This document shows positions 26,487-40,114 of a DNA stretch of 64,000 nucleotides, one piece after another; the stretch's first letter is position 1, and each line of letters opens with the position of its first letter. The translations under genes were made by a program, and so were the position numbers. The stretch lies in NCBI RefSeq assembly GCF_037042905.1, contig NC_087246.1, positions 13,392,001 to 13,456,000 on the forward strand, in the 5' to 3' direction. The DNA is from Lytechinus pictus (Eukaryota). Under the pieces are notes generated by a model. It was not told the DNA's origin, ran no database searches, and worked only from the letters and a program-made list of their open reading frames with translations.

Positions 26487-27036
26487 AAGGCAAATTTAAT
26501 TTGTCTACTATCGTTTGGTCTACCATCAGTTCGACCACTATTCACATGGTCTAAAGTCCAATTCGTCCACTCACCATTTCGTCTGATAACCAGTTGGTCC
26601 AATAGTCATTTGGTTAATATACCATTTGGTCTAATTGGACTAAGTGTAAATTTTGAAAATGAATGAATATGAAATGGATATTAGACCAACTGGTTATCAG
26701 ACGAAATAGTCATAGACAAATGATGATTTGATGAAGTGATGATTGGACCAAGTGGTTGTTAGATGGAATAGCATTAGACTAAATGAAAGTAGACCATGTG
26801 GTGAGTGGACGAATTGGCAATTTACCATTTATGTATACAGTATATATTCTTTATTTGTGATACTTTGTATTCATGCATGCAAACAAGATGAATTTCCACC
26901 AAGTTGGACAATAAAACAACAATATGAGTATATATAAGAAAGAGTTCCATATGTACCCCTCACCAAAAAAAAAGTGAGGTTGAGACTTCTGGTGTACTTT
27001 CGGTTTCACTCTGAAAATCTTTTTTTTTCTGTAACT

Positions 27037-27100
27037 TGCCCCGGTTGGGATTCGAACTCACCTTAATGGTACTGCAGTTAAGATCTCTGAACACTATGCC
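27037..27100 (-). repeat. tRNA-derived SINE-like fragment
   Basis: The minus strand reads ...GAGTTCGAATCCCAACCGGGGCAA (B box and T-arm). No complete cloverleaf. Confidence 0.4.
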
Positions 27101-27434
27101 TGTGAGAAAACGCTGATAGCAGAAGTGTTTTGAGAGATTATGAAATGATAGGAAATGATAGGAATTTTATTTTTTCTGACTTAATAAGTTGATGGCTCTG
27201 GTCAATCACGCATGCTCAATCCTGTATGAAATTTTGATGGAATAGAGCCATTTATTTTACTTTTCCATCTTAAATGTTCTAGATTAGGGCTAAATATAAT
27301 TATTCTAAATCTTCTCCATATTGTTTGAAATCAATTTAAGTGGGGGTATAGAACTCTTACCATAATATATATTTGTAGCCTTCTAGGCCTATTCATGTAA
27401 CCATGCAGGGAACAATTTTCATGATAATTTACAG

Positions 27435-27533
27435 GGTACATCCGTCTGGCCTTGATCTTCAGTAGCTGTTTCTTCTACTCTACAAATGCTGTAGTCTTCA
27501 TTAGCCTTTACCTTGCTCAGTCAATACTTGATG
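27435..27533 (+). CDS. PIS-like gene, exon 2
   Basis: ttacag| YIRLALIFSSCFFYSTNAVVFISLYLAQSILD |gtgag. Confidence 0.88.
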
Positions 27534-27958
27534 GTGAGTTATTGGTTTCTCAAAAGACCTCTTTATAGTTTTGCAAATTATACATTCCAAAGTTGCATTT
27601 TCAATCTGTATTCAGAAATAAGCTTAAAAATAAGCCTGGAACCATTTTATCCTGTCAAATACATGGACCTGTTTTGCTTGTCCACCAGTGACTTCGCTAG
27701 ACGTCTACCATTAGTTCATTTACGATGCATAGACTAGGTATTGAAATGAAAGTTTTGTCACTGTCAAGCGTTGGTTCTAGACAAAAAAGTCATTACCCAG
27801 ATATTAATGGGTTGGAACTGGAGTCATTGCTGGTGCACAGGCCCTTCAAGTTTAAATTAATACTATTTTACAGTCTGCCATTTGATGCTTTTCATTTGCT
27901 GCATGAGATTTTGAATGAGCAGATCAAGTGAAATTTTTATTTATCTCTCTATTTTCAG

Positions 27959-28014
27959 GACTTGATGGTGCACTGGCAAGAAAGCTTAAACAGACCTCAG
28001 CATTTGGTGCCTGG
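27959..28014 (+). CDS. PIS-like gene, exon 3
   Basis: tttcag| GLDGALARKLKQTSAFGAW |gtatg. Core of the DxxDGxxAR...GxxxDxxxD family motif. Confidence 0.92.
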
Positions 28015-28362
28015 GTATGAGTATATTCCTTTAGTATTTTGACACCATATTCTTTATTCAGTCACCATACTTTATTTCATAGTGGTACTATTTTGTTGAA
28101 TGAAAAAAGAAATCACTACCATTTGGCTTTTAGTGTACAATAGATGATGAAGGCAGAACATTTTTGGTCACATTATAATGTGTACAAGGAAGCTTTATTT
28201 TTTATCTTATTTTCCAGTAAAAGAATTTGGTTATCGATTTTAAGAAGCACAAGATGTATGAATTAATGAAAATGTATAATTTTGAGCCTTTATTTTCATA
28301 ACTAAATTCTATTTTTATCTCAATTTTTTTGTTTGTTGTTTTTCGCTGTCTTTTCCACTTAG

Positions 28363-28419
28363 TTTGACGTTGTTATCGACAATCTAGGGCGGGGTATGCT
28401 ATGGTGCAGATTATTCAAG
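28363..28419 (+). CDS. PIS-like gene, exon 4
   Basis: acttag| FDVVIDNLGRGMLWCRLFK |gtatg. Completes the family motif. Confidence 0.9.
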
Positions 28420-29208
28420 GTATGTTTTTTTCACTTCTCTTAATAGTGCAAGCATGGTTTATATTTCAGTGTTTTGTTTATTTTGGAAAATGCAATTATT
28501 CTTCATATTATAAATGTATTGCTGCTCAGTAGACAAAACTGCATGTCTGGAACAAAAAAGTGTTAATTAGGAGAGTGAAAAATGTGGCTGTTCTGTCACT
28601 TTAGTATATTCAGTTTAATAGTCTTCCCTTTTGACATGGTGCAGTAGCTTAACCTTTTCAAGGTAAAGAGTCTAGACTCGGCAGAAGATCACTTGATAAA
28701 CCATCTTGTCATTGAAGCAAAATACTACACAATGAATTTCACAAAATTCAGATACACAATATTACCATTGAACAAAATGATGAAAATGGTCTTAGAATAC
28801 TACAATGCCTTTTAATAGAATCCATAAATTACAATCCTGAAATAATCGCTAAATGTCCTAAACACTAGGCCTATGCACGATTTCACACCCAAAAGGCCAA
28901 AATAAAAATGAAAAAAAAAAAATGTTTTGATAATTTTGAAATAGTCTGTCAAATTTATTCACACAACGTTTTTTGCCTTTAATGGTCTCACTAAATGCCT
29001 AAGCTATCATAGTATTGACAGTTATTAAATCACTATTCACTATTCTATTCCCCCACTAAAATGGCCAAAGATCAAGAGCCAACATTTTAAGATTTCATTT
29101 TCATCTTTGTATCTTGGGATGGTTCATGAAAACAATAATGATATGTATCCTTAATCTTTCATGTTATTTTAATCATTTTTCTTTTTCTTCTCATGTCTTT
29201 TTTTTCAG

Positions 29209-29329
29209 TGGGGTTACTTCATAGCAGCCATGGAGTGGTTAGTGTTTGTCTGTACACATAGTCTGGGTGCTCAGTGGAAAACAACTAAAGTTCAAGCACC
29301 ATGGATTGTTAGCAAAGTTATGGAAAAAA
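29209..29329 (+). CDS. PIS-like gene, exon 5
   Basis: tttcag| WGYFIAAMEWLVFVCTHSLGAQWKTTKVQAPWIVSKVMEK |gtaag. Confidence 0.88.
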
Positions 29330-29806
29330 GTAAGTCAAACACTTAAGGGGATCAGAGGATTTTGAAATGGATTCAATGCAATAGACAGCTTTAGTCTGGG
29401 TGATTCCATCATTGAAATGTACATTGCCCTGAAGGTCAATTTTAGGGCTAAACAGAGATACGCAGTATATGTAATGCATTCCTATTCTTATGCTTCCTCA
29501 TCATCATCATGGCTGCCATCATCAGTCTGATCATAATCATCGGCAGCAGCAGCATTGACAGCATCAACATCATTATCTAATCTTAATGATGGTGATGATG
29601 TTGCTGATATGAAAGTGGTGAAAATGACGGATGACAATTGCAGATCCCGATGACTATGATGATGGCAGAGGTAGTGTGCTATTGATGATGAGTTGAGGTA
29701 ATGATGATTCTGATGATGTCATCACCAATGATCAACAAGATGATGATGATATTAATTATGTTATATTTATCACTTAATTTATTCACATTTCATATCATCT
29801 ACCTAG

Positions 29807-29979
29807 ATTTCAAGACACCACTTGGGACATTCACTATTCTAGGTCTATTTGTTCTACCTCTTTGGCTCTATGCACACTATACGGGTGTCCTTGGCAAGAC
29901 GTTAAGAGTACCCATCTCTGTACAGTATGCTGGTATTGCGTTCCTCAGTACTGGCAGGGCGTTTGCTTTTGCAGTTGAG
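29807..29979 (+). CDS. PIS-like gene, exon 6
   Basis: acctag| (N)FKTPLGTFTILGLFVLPLWLYAHYTG...GRAFAFAVE |gtaaa. Hydrophobic transmembrane segments. Confidence 0.88.
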
Positions 29980-30511
29980 GTAAATCGGTGCTCAGCACCT
30001 GGATGTATTCATTTTCCATATTGCTTGGGACAACAACTTTAAGTAATTTCCTGTTTATCTTCATAAAGATTAATAAAGATTCAGCTATGCACTTTATATA
30101 CCAAAAGAGAAAGGCAATTGGTTCTACACATTTTTATTATTGTAAAGGATTGACTTACTTTAAAGAATGTTGATGCGGTTTGTGATTCACCATGTTATTA
30201 CTCCTAAAAAGGGTTTGTTAGAATAAAATGAAAGATAATTGAAGTTAAGAGGTAAGAAAATGATTAGAGACAGAGAGTAGAATATTCTTTCTTGATTATG
30301 GGCCATAAAAAGATGATGTGTGTGAGTGGGAGACCACCAGGCAAACCTTCAAAGATCATGTTGAAGAAGCTGAGAAATTGTTTTACAAAACCACTGTGTA
30401 TCAGTGGGAGCCATCAAAAGAACATTGATATAGGGATATTTATTTTTAGGATATGGTTCCATCTTTATTAGCATTATATGATTTGTTCTCCTCTCAAATT
30501 TGCTTTTTCAG

Positions 30512-30565
30512 TCCCACTTTGTCTATTCCCACATACTGTACTTGACGAGGGATGAAGACAAGTAG
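30512..30565 (+). CDS. PIS-like gene, exon 7 (terminal)
   Basis: tttcag| SHFVYSHILYLTRDEDK*. The joined CDS is 597 nt (198 aa) with all phases consistent. Confidence 0.8.
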   Translation, partial: SHFVYSHILYLTRDEDK

Positions 30566-33500
30566 CACATCCAAGAATGACCATGGATATTACTTATAAA
30601 CAATGGATAGCTCAAGCTCACAGAATGAGCTTCCTCTTATACGGGGGTAACAAAGTGGAGGACATGCCATTTTGGACTGCATGAGAATCCTCACAAGAAA
30701 ATGGCAAGTACTGAAAGGTAATTTGAACTGATATGCACTATTTGTCTGATGCCCATGATCTGAACTTATGCACAAAAAATGAAACTGCCTTTTTTTTCAA
30801 ATATATATATTTATGTACACATTATGTATATTAAGAAATGAATATAAAGGAAGTACAACGTCCAAACTGGCATTCATTTTGCGATAGCTTTTATTCAATC
30901 AAGTTCATAATTTTCACGTCATATCATCTTTATCAAATATATGAAATGTATATGAAAAATGAAATATATATAGTAAAAAATCAAGATTTAAAGTCATAGA
31001 AAATCTGTATTATAATCATGTTAATGATGATGATCATAAGTTCTGAAGACTATTATGTTTTAGATAACAATACAAATTTCTGATCATGATTAGGTAATTC
31101 AAAGAGTAATTTTCCATATGGACCAATTCAATTAAACAGCTGTTTCTTAAAAGCCATGAAATATTATGCACAAAGATTGAGGTTTCTCAGGATTGCCAAC
31201 CATAGATTCATGTATGTTGTAATGTATGACATGCGATGTGTGCATTAGACCTATTTGAAATCCCTTTATGAATTTCTTTGCCACCCGCCACCCAGATGTG
31301 AGATAAAATCTTGGTGGATGCAAAAACTCAAATGTATTTCATTAAGCATAGTAGACAGCAATGTGGTGTCTGACTGAAGTATTCCAGAGGGAGTGGTAAA
31401 TTTGCATGTGTGTGATTGGTGCATAATGAACTTGTAAAGTCTGTTTGTGGAGATATTTTGACCATGGTGTACATGTAAGTATATGCATTTAAATCAACCT
31501 GCAACGGTTCAGACAGGGTTTAAGACTATAAGTCTTAAATTTAATTCATATTTTGACTGAAATTATTTGTAAATGTAAAGCATGATCTCACAGATTCTAA
31601 GACGATGGTATATTATATGAATTGTGAAACAAAACTTTCTCTCCTTTTAAATAATTTGTGTGCTAAAATTAGACTTTTAAGAGAAATGTTGAGAATACAT
31701 CTTGTTGCAATCTCAGACAGCTGTGAAATATCTAAAAACTTGAAGAAATGTATTTGTGTGTGATTTTGATATACATTCTAATATGCTGATACTATATTGT
31801 GTAATTCATTCTATCATAATTTGTTTATTGTTCTGTTAAACTCATTCTAATATGAAGAATATTTATAATTCATCCATTGTGTTTGTTTATTCTTTCAGAG
31901 TGTATTGTTTACTTTTATTTTTTTGTTTATACTCTCTGAGTGTATAAATCATTCCATTTTTTTTTGTATCAAATTAAGTGCCTAATTATTTTTCTTTAGG
32001 TTTTTATGTACACATGTTAAGTACTTAAAGTGATTGGTTGACAATTTCAGATATGAGTTGGCATAAAATAGCAATCTGAAAGTCTCAACAGGGAGTAGTA
32101 ACAGTATTTTTAAAATGAAAAAAAAAATCTTATGTTTGGTTTTTGCATTAGTTGTTTTGATTTCTTTATTAGATAAAAAAAAATTACAACATTAAAATGT
32201 TGAAAGTATTATACTTCATTATTTGTATTTTAGCCATGAAATTCTGAGGCAATGTTTGAAAATGGTAATGATCGTAATATATTCTCACAATCTCTGTAAC
32301 TCATCCATGAATTAAATTTATTTATTCATTCATTTTTTTTCCCGGGGGGGGGGGGGTCATTTTTTCTGTTCTTATGACCCTTCTTATTTATCTTCTCTAT
32401 TTAGGGTTTTTTTTCTTCATGCTTCTGTTCATTCTAATTACAGTTTTTATTACACACGATGGCTATCTTTGTAGACTCTAATAGGAGGAAAATTGTCCAT
32501 AAACCCAATTGCATATTCCCCTGTCTCTGATACATTAAAAAAATAATGTTCATGTATATTGATTTCGTCTCAGTTTAAAGCTGATTAATGCCAGGAGATT
32601 TTTATTTTCTTTAACAAGTTTAGGATTAATTGTAAACTGAAATATTTCGTTTACAAACATAGTTCATTTGTTAGCATTTGTTTTGATACCTGAAGTAATC
32701 CTTACAATCTTCTGCCCCGCTTAATTCAAAGATTTTGCTTCCCGATTTTTTTTAATATATTGCATTAGGATATGTGATTGCTATGTGAATTAAAAGGTTA
32801 AAGCAGTCAGACAATCCTGCTATTTGAAATAGAATAAAAATAAGGTTTAAAAACACACTTAATTAATTCAAATGAAGTACCGATATATTCTAGTTTAAAC
32901 TCCATCTATTTAAAAACAAGAAAAAGGAAATACTGAATTGAAATATCCCAGAGAGTACAAATACCAACAAATTTGAATAAGAGACACAGATTAATCTGAA
33001 TGATATTTATAAACTCCCGACTTTTGCCAGGAAATCCTATATTTGCCATTGATACAAAATAACTTGGGTTGGTTGACAGTAGGTACCAAGATAATTGTTG
33101 CTCCATGAAAAGACATGTTCACTGCATAAAGGAAACATACAAAATTATAGTACACTGAATTGCTATTACATGTATAAGAGAGCTTCCTTATCCAGTCTTT
33201 ATGCAGGAAGTCAAAATGTGAGATTTGGAAGTATTTAACCTTTCATGAAATATTTCTTCATTGGTAAGTTCGGGATGTATGAATCATTATCCATCACCAT
33301 AAATCAATTAATGCTACCCTCTGCTCGCTATTGTCCGTTGCTTTGAATAAATAGATACATGAACAGATTGAAATTGCCTGAAAGATTTGTTGCATCCTTG
33401 AGCGATTTATCTAAACTATTTATTATTTTGTGTGAACTGTGTGAATGTTAAATGTACGATGTGTATCCTTTTGTGACTTATTACAATAACCCAGCCCCTC

Positions 33501-33917
33501 CCCCCGCCTTGGAGTCAACTTAGTAGTATCAAAGTTATGTGGTTGATGTAATGAAGTCTCTTGGTCTCATTAAAGGGAGTATTATGAGCCCTTTGAGGAA
33601 ATATGCAAATGTGTTTTAATGTCTTTAACACTGTTTGTTTCTGTAAATCATTACAAATTAACATTTCATTGATCTTATTTATTGAATTGAAATCGCTACC
33701 CCTTCCCAATTCCCATTACCTCAGGGAGAAACACTTTAATGGTAACCAGGGGTGGATGCAGCATTTAATACTGAAAAAGTAAAAGGTCTCCATCACCTTA
33801 GTGACGATCAAAAAGAAATTTTGACAAGAAAAAACCCCAAACAAGACAAAAATTGAAAATTATCAACCCTCCCCCTTCCCGATCGGTGCCTGATTAACCA
33901 TTCCTAAGATCGTTTAA

Positions 33918-34500
33918 AGGAGAATGAAACTCTTGGAGCAAGTTAGCTTTTGTGAAAGCAGAAAAATCAAAGAATAAGATCAACAAAACTTTGAGTAAAA
34001 TAGGACTAGTAATAAAAGAGTTATGAGCATTTGAATGTCGAGATCACTAATGCTATGGAGATCCTCCCATTGGCAATGCGACCAAGATCTGTGATGTCAC
34101 ACACGTACAACTCTCCCATTTGGACACTGAAAATATACCCCAAAACATCTCTTTTTGCTCATTCTAATCATATGACAAACGATTCATCAATGATATAATG
34201 TTGTGAAACCTCTGTACTTGTCATCTCATAAAGAAAACACCTCACCTTGTGATAGACTCTATAAAAGTGAGAATATAAGTGAAATAAGTACTAAAGTAAT
34301 GAGGGAGTTGTACGTGTGTGATATCACAGATCTTGGTCGCATTGCCGTTGGGAGGATCTACATGGCACTAGTGATCTCAATATTCGAATGCTCCTAACTT
34401 TCTTATTATTCATTCAATCTTCCTCAAACTTTCAACAATATGTTTCTTTGATTTTTCTCTTTGATATGGATTCAGCTGGTTTCAAGGGTTTCATTCTCCT
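33918..34500. mobile_element. TTAA-specific MITE (Kolobok-like)
   Basis: ttaa|aggagaatgaaac ... gtttcattctcct|ttaa, with internal inverted repeats (accaagatctgtgat / atcacagatcttggt). Confidence 0.8.
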
Positions 34501-36383
34501 TTAATGTTTGTGTGTTAACTCAGGCTCTGTGTTGTTAATGGTTATCACTCCCCGAAGAAAAGGGTTCAGATTCATGCCTTTGTGTGTGCATCAATTATTA
34601 AAATATCATTAAGCTCTCTGAGAACTTAACACCACATAAAGTATGATCAATGTTCTTTGTAATTTTACCTATGAAACTACATAGCATAGGAAAGAGAAGT
34701 TTAGAGAAAGAATAATTATTGATACGCCAGTCTCCTTTGAGGAGACTCAAGGAAATCACAGTGTGCGTAATAAAATCCGGATCAGACGGAAGTTCGTACA
34801 AGAGATTAGGGCAGTTAGCAGGAATATACCTGGTAAAAATGCAGGTAGCTTGAGTCGAGGAGTATTATACCCACGCATTGACAATGATTAGAATGAATGT
34901 GTACCAAGTGATAAGAGAGGTATGACGGAAAATGATTAACATTGGGATATTAGTTGTGAGTGGGCTGTAAATGTTTGGGATGCAAGGGGTATAAATAGTT
35001 GGTTCATTTGACGAATGGACACACATCTATCTCATATTCAATATGGAGCAGCCCTTGAGCATTTCTTTGACCTATTCGTTTCTATTCTCATGTTACCAGC
35101 ATTTCCTGGAGAAATGTGCAGCAGTGGACTGATAAACTTTCCACCCTTTCGATTGTGCCGATCAATCCTAAATTCATCATCAGCTCTAACAAATTGATAA
35201 ATAAGATTCTGACTTCAGGTAAGATTTGTATTCATCATCACTGTTTTAGCGCCTGGCTTTAGTAACTGTATTTCTCGTGCATGGAGTTGTCAGTAAAATG
35301 TGATTTATCGTGAGAATGGTAGGTTTTAGGCATTTTTTTCGAACAGTTCTTTTTTTCAGGACTACATAATACATTAAGTCATAAAGTGTTAACTTTCCGG
35401 GGAAAAAATCATTTTCATCGAGTTTATTCAAATTTACTTATTCCCTCGTTGTTTTGAACATACTTAACTAAATTCAGTGCGAGAGAGCGAAGCAAGTCAT
35501 GATTGTAAATCATTTTGTAATATAGCCTATTGGTACACCTTTCCACCTCCAGTAAAGCTTGTCTGGTTTGCAAAACGTTATTTAGAATGTCTATTCGTTG
35601 TGATGATATAACGGGGTGTAGGGCTATATAGTTCCTTCGACTCCCAATCCAAAGAAAGTAACGGGTAGAGATTTTTGTATCGTTTCCGCATAACATGATT
35701 AGTCATTCGAACACGAAATCGACACATTTTATTGATTATGATGTCTATGGCCTATATCCAGTTCATCTATTCGTCATGTTCGTTGATTGAACGTAGAAGG
35801 ATTATCTTTTCCTCTTTTTCGCTTGTAATGACATTTTCCCCCAATACGGTAACCACCCTTTTCAGTCGGTTTACCATAACCCGTTTATGGGCATGTCCAT
35901 ACTTAATACCAATTTTCTTTCATATCTTTACATATGAGGACGATCACCATTTCCATCTTCCCACATCTACCTCAAGTTACCTCCCGTTTTCCAAACCACG
36001 TACCTTCATTTATATTGGTAACTAGAATCGGTTTTGTACCTGCGATAACCACTGTCAGTTGTAACAACCACATAAAACGTCTGCTGAAGATTTTTTTTCT
36101 TCAGAAAAAGTTATAATAAAGATTATTGATTTGTTTTGCACTTTTATGTGTTTGAAGGGTAAAATATTTCAAATGTTTTCTTTGTCTTGCTTATGCGGAC
36201 GCGATCACCCTTTTCTTGTGGAACCTTCGTTATTTTAGGGGTGTCTTTGAATCGTTGTGAGACGTTTGCTCTGGCTCTGGTCACAATGAATGTGTGATTA
36301 TTTTTCCAAATTATGTTCAGTACTTATACCCTTGATGCTCTGCACTCCTCCCTCATTATCATCAACAACAACAATTGCTACAA

Positions 36384-36827
36384 TTACTCCTCAGTTATCA
36401 TTTCACTACCAAACCCAATCAATTGCCCTAACCCCTCGCTCAAGCATAAACTGCTAAAGGGGTCCAGTGACATATCAACTCTGCCGGTATTATCATTTCT
36501 CATAAAGTCAACCCTATTGCGCAAATTTTCGGGTAGAGTTGTTTTGATAGCATTGCAAACATGATCTATATCACGATAATACCCAGAGGGTATAAACCCT
36601 GAAAATACTTCTTGATTTTCTTGGTAAAACCTGAAGTTATTGTTTTTACTGTTGACATTAAACCACGAAAAAGGGTAAATTAAATCCACGATCGATACCT
36701 CCCAAAAGCCATTTAATGTCAATGGCGTGGCTAATTTTGTTTTAAAACTCGAAACAACATTACTCGGAAAATAATTCATAGAATTATTTGACGGCAGTGT
36801 CACGTAAAACTGATCTTCGATATCCAT
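36384..36827 (-). pseudogene. Truncated Polinton minor capsid (penton)-like ORF
   Basis: FYVTLPSNNSMNYFPSNVVSSFKTKLATPLTLNGFWEVSIVDLIYPFSWFNV resembles the N-terminus I recall for Polinton penton proteins. It lies just downstream of the integrase and is cut short. Confidence 0.65.
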
Positions 36828-36858
36828 GGTGTTTGAAGTTACAAATGATTTCTTTTTT

Positions 36859-37951
36859 TCAATTATAATGCGTTTTATTCAGTTCATCCACCCACTGATT
36901 GAACGCAGAGGGATATCCGACAAATTTAACAAAATATTGCATTTTCTTTCCCCTTTTTCGTTTTTTTAACACTTTTTCAATACGATAAATGCCCTCTTTT
37001 GGCCTGTTTACTTTTTGCACCTCCGGTTCATAAAACGACCCCTTGATTGCTTCCCCTTTATCATCTTCCAATTCGTATACAGGCATGTCTCTGTATTTCC
37101 GGCGTTTAACGTTAAAAATTTCATCCGTCCAATTGGGTAAATAGCCCTTTTCAAATGTTTTCTTTGCCTTGCTAATGCGGACACGGTCCCCCTTTGATAA
37201 TTTTTCTCGTGGACCCTTCGTTACTTTAGGGGCGTCTTTGTACAACGTTCTCCAAACTTTGCCTTCATTCCTCTTATTAACAAGACTAGGTTTTGTTTTA
37301 ATTGATCTATGATAACTCTTGTTATTACTCGTCACTATTTTGGGAAGAATAGACATGTACTTGCGGGTGTTTTTATGCGTAAAATACTTATAAAGCCTTT
37401 CTTTGATCGTGCGATTTAGTCTTTCTACCACGCTTGCTTTTGCTTCGTTTTCTGTGGTGAAAAATTCTATCCCCCTTTTTTTTGAAAAACGACTGCACTT
37501 GACGATTGGTAAATTCTGTTCCTTTATCCGTTTGAATTCGTAAGGGTTGCCGCCCCTCTCTAAAAACCTTTTTTTATGGTTTTTACCAAAGCAACCCCCG
37601 TTTTATTCTTCAGTGGTACAATCCATGCATATTTTGAAAGGATATCGATAATCGTTAACAGATATCTATGTCCCGCATTGTATCGAGCTAATCATGCTAA
37701 TGGAGAAACATCTACCAAATCCATTTGCCATTGTTCATCAATACCCGTTACAAATACGCGACTCTTTGGAAATTTGTGTCTTATTGGTTTGTGCAGTGTA
37801 TACGTATCCACCCCCATCAACCATTTTTTATTTGTTTTCTAGAAAGATTATGCACACCATCTGATTTAACAAATTTATATAATCTATCTACCCCTCCAAA
37901 ACTTGCTTCATGACCCGGGTCAAAATACATCTGTCGCAAATATTCATCCAT
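36859..37951 (-). pseudogene. Polinton-type retroviral-like (rve, DDE) integrase with C-terminal chromodomain, disrupted
   Basis: MDEYLRQMYFDPGHEASFGG...WQMDLVD...IDILSKYAW...IQTDKGTEF...KASVVERLNRTIK...YRIEKVLKKRKRGKKMQYFVKFVGYPSAFNQWV. One in-frame TGA (~37692) and frameshifts in the homopolymers near 37570 and 37475. Confidence 0.9.
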
Positions 37952-38197
37952 GACGTATGCTCACTCAATGTTTTTTTTTAAAGAAATGAGCTTTCATTAT
38001 TCTCTCTCTCTGTTTTATTCTCTTTATAATCATTGTCCTTCTGGGTCGCTAGTTTTTTTCTTTAAATATATATTTGTTATTTCTTTCTATCTCTCGTTCC
38101 CTATCTCAATATCGCCACTACCCCTCTCCCCACACTGTTACTCTTTTGTTATTTTACTCTATATCTCATTCGCATTTGCATTGTCCAAATAAACCCA

Positions 38198-38290
38198 ATT
38201 ATCATCATCATCATTATCATCATCATCAACAACATCATCATCAACAACATCATCATCATCATCAACAACAACAATCGCTACAACTACATT
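38198..38290. repeat. (CAT/CAA)n microsatellite
   Basis: tatcatcatcat...caacaacaa. Confidence 0.9.
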
Positions 38291-39319
38291 TTTAACAAGC
38301 AACATAATACGTTGGCAAATATTTTTTTCGTTTTAACAATAAACTTAATTGGTTCGTTTTTATTAAAAAAACAACATCTTTCGTTTGTCTTTTCATTCAA
38401 CATATTTCGCTACATCTTCAGATACATTGCTTGGTTATATACTGAATAACACTTTAAAAAAACTTAACTTAATATTCAACTGACATAAATAAAAGTCAAC
38501 ATAAATATCTATATCATTGTATTATGCTCTGTAAAAAAAATATATATTAAACTACTCAACCTTTTTTCCTGATTATTTCTTGAATGTTTGTCACAAGAAA
38601 AAAATTACCCTTGAATTGTATCAATGTAAAGTTTTAAGAAAATTACAACACATAAACAACAAACAGTATGTAAATTAAATAATCAATGAATAAAATTCAA
38701 CGTAGCTATACATTCATTTTTATACTATTGGCTCTTGTGAGGGTTTATTTTTCTTCTTTGTGCTTGTAAATTTCCTAACTCTACTTTTGTCTTTTTAATC
38801 TACTGGTCATCGTTATTTCAAAAACCAGGATATATAACAACAAACTAAGTGAACTAAATTAACAACAATGAAAATCAACATAATGTATACAATCCTCAAC
38901 CACCCGAAAACTTTTATGAATTTTGCCTAATGTATTTTTGCATTGTTGATGTTTGACCTTGTTTATTTCTTTCTTTATTTTCTTTATTTCTTTATTTTCT
39001 TTCTTTATATATTATTTTCTTTTATTTCTTTCATCTAAAGGTACAAGAATGTTCGAATAGGTTAACCCCTATCATTGTATTGTATCAACATAACATATCC
39101 AAAACTCAAAGTTAATATAAGTTAATATATATATATATATATATAACAACAAACTTAGACTATAAAAAATGGGTTTCAACCCCTCTACCTAATTAATTTA
39201 GATACATAAATGCAGTTTACTATTCAGTCACGTTAAAATCCATCCAATTTAATATAAATATATCTCACTAAGATACTTTCTACATATCCCACCATCCCCT
39301 CTCTTAATAAAATCAAATT

Positions 39320-39999
39320 GATAAATAGCATATTTTTGATTTCATTTAAAATGTCTTCTTTCATATAATGGAAAAATACAAATTCCACCATCTATGTAGT
39401 GAGTAATTCTTTGTCGCAATCATACAACAAATCCCAATTAAAAATTTCTTATAACACTTCAAAAAAATCCTTCTCGTTGGTTGACAAAACAGCGTCCAAA
39501 AAAAATCTTTCAACCTTTTCCCCCAGTCTAACCATAAACATTCGTAGTGGTATTTTTGCGCCAGACAGTCATTTTGACACCCCTCGCAACTTTCTTGAGT
39601 AAGGGTATGTATTCTCCTGGTTAATGCAACACGCATTAAAATTAGAATATTAACTGTTAAATGGACGAACCCATTCGCCGAAGGTGTTTCCCTAGCCTCC
39701 TGCATCGGTGCTTCGTCGTCGTCGTCGTCGTCTCCACTGTACTTCTCTTCTACCAGTATGACGCTGTCTGATCTCTCCTGCTCCTCTTCGTCACCGTCTG
39801 CAAACAGCCTTGCCCTGATCCCGTCCAACGAAGCTCGTCTCCTAGGAACAGGGGTGCTCGTTCTTTCAGGGGCAAATCCTACAGGTAGAAATGGACTGGC
39901 GTCGTCGTATAGACCCGGCGACACGTTGATCAACTGGGGCGTTTCGAGAACTGATGGTGTTGGAGATGGTGGGATCTCGCCTTCCTCCTGTACTTCCAT
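39320..39999 (-). pseudogene. Polinton-associated acidic protein with C-terminal CxxC...QxxHxxC motif, copy A (frameshifted C-terminus)
   Basis: MEVQEEGEIPPSPTP...RARLFAD...DDDDDDE...CEGCQNDCLAQKYHYECLWLD. Homologous to 61283-62132. Confidence 0.6.
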
Positions 40000-40114
40000 A
40001 TTAAAGACTTGCTACAGAGGCACAGTGACAAAATGACAAAGAACCAACTTTTTAGCGCTAGCTTTCCACAGCCATATAAAAAAAAAATTTAACATTAAAA
40101 TTTCTTTTGATACT

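Noticed and set aside
27037-27100. Functional tRNA gene
   Set aside because: Only the B box and T-arm are recognisable, with no full cloverleaf.
35246-35960. Decayed minus-strand ORFs next to the Polinton remnant
   Set aside because: They look coding-like and may belong to the element, but I recognise no family and there are multiple stops.
38074-38295. Poly-His/Gln ORF
   Set aside because: It is a translation of a (CAT/CAA)n microsatellite.
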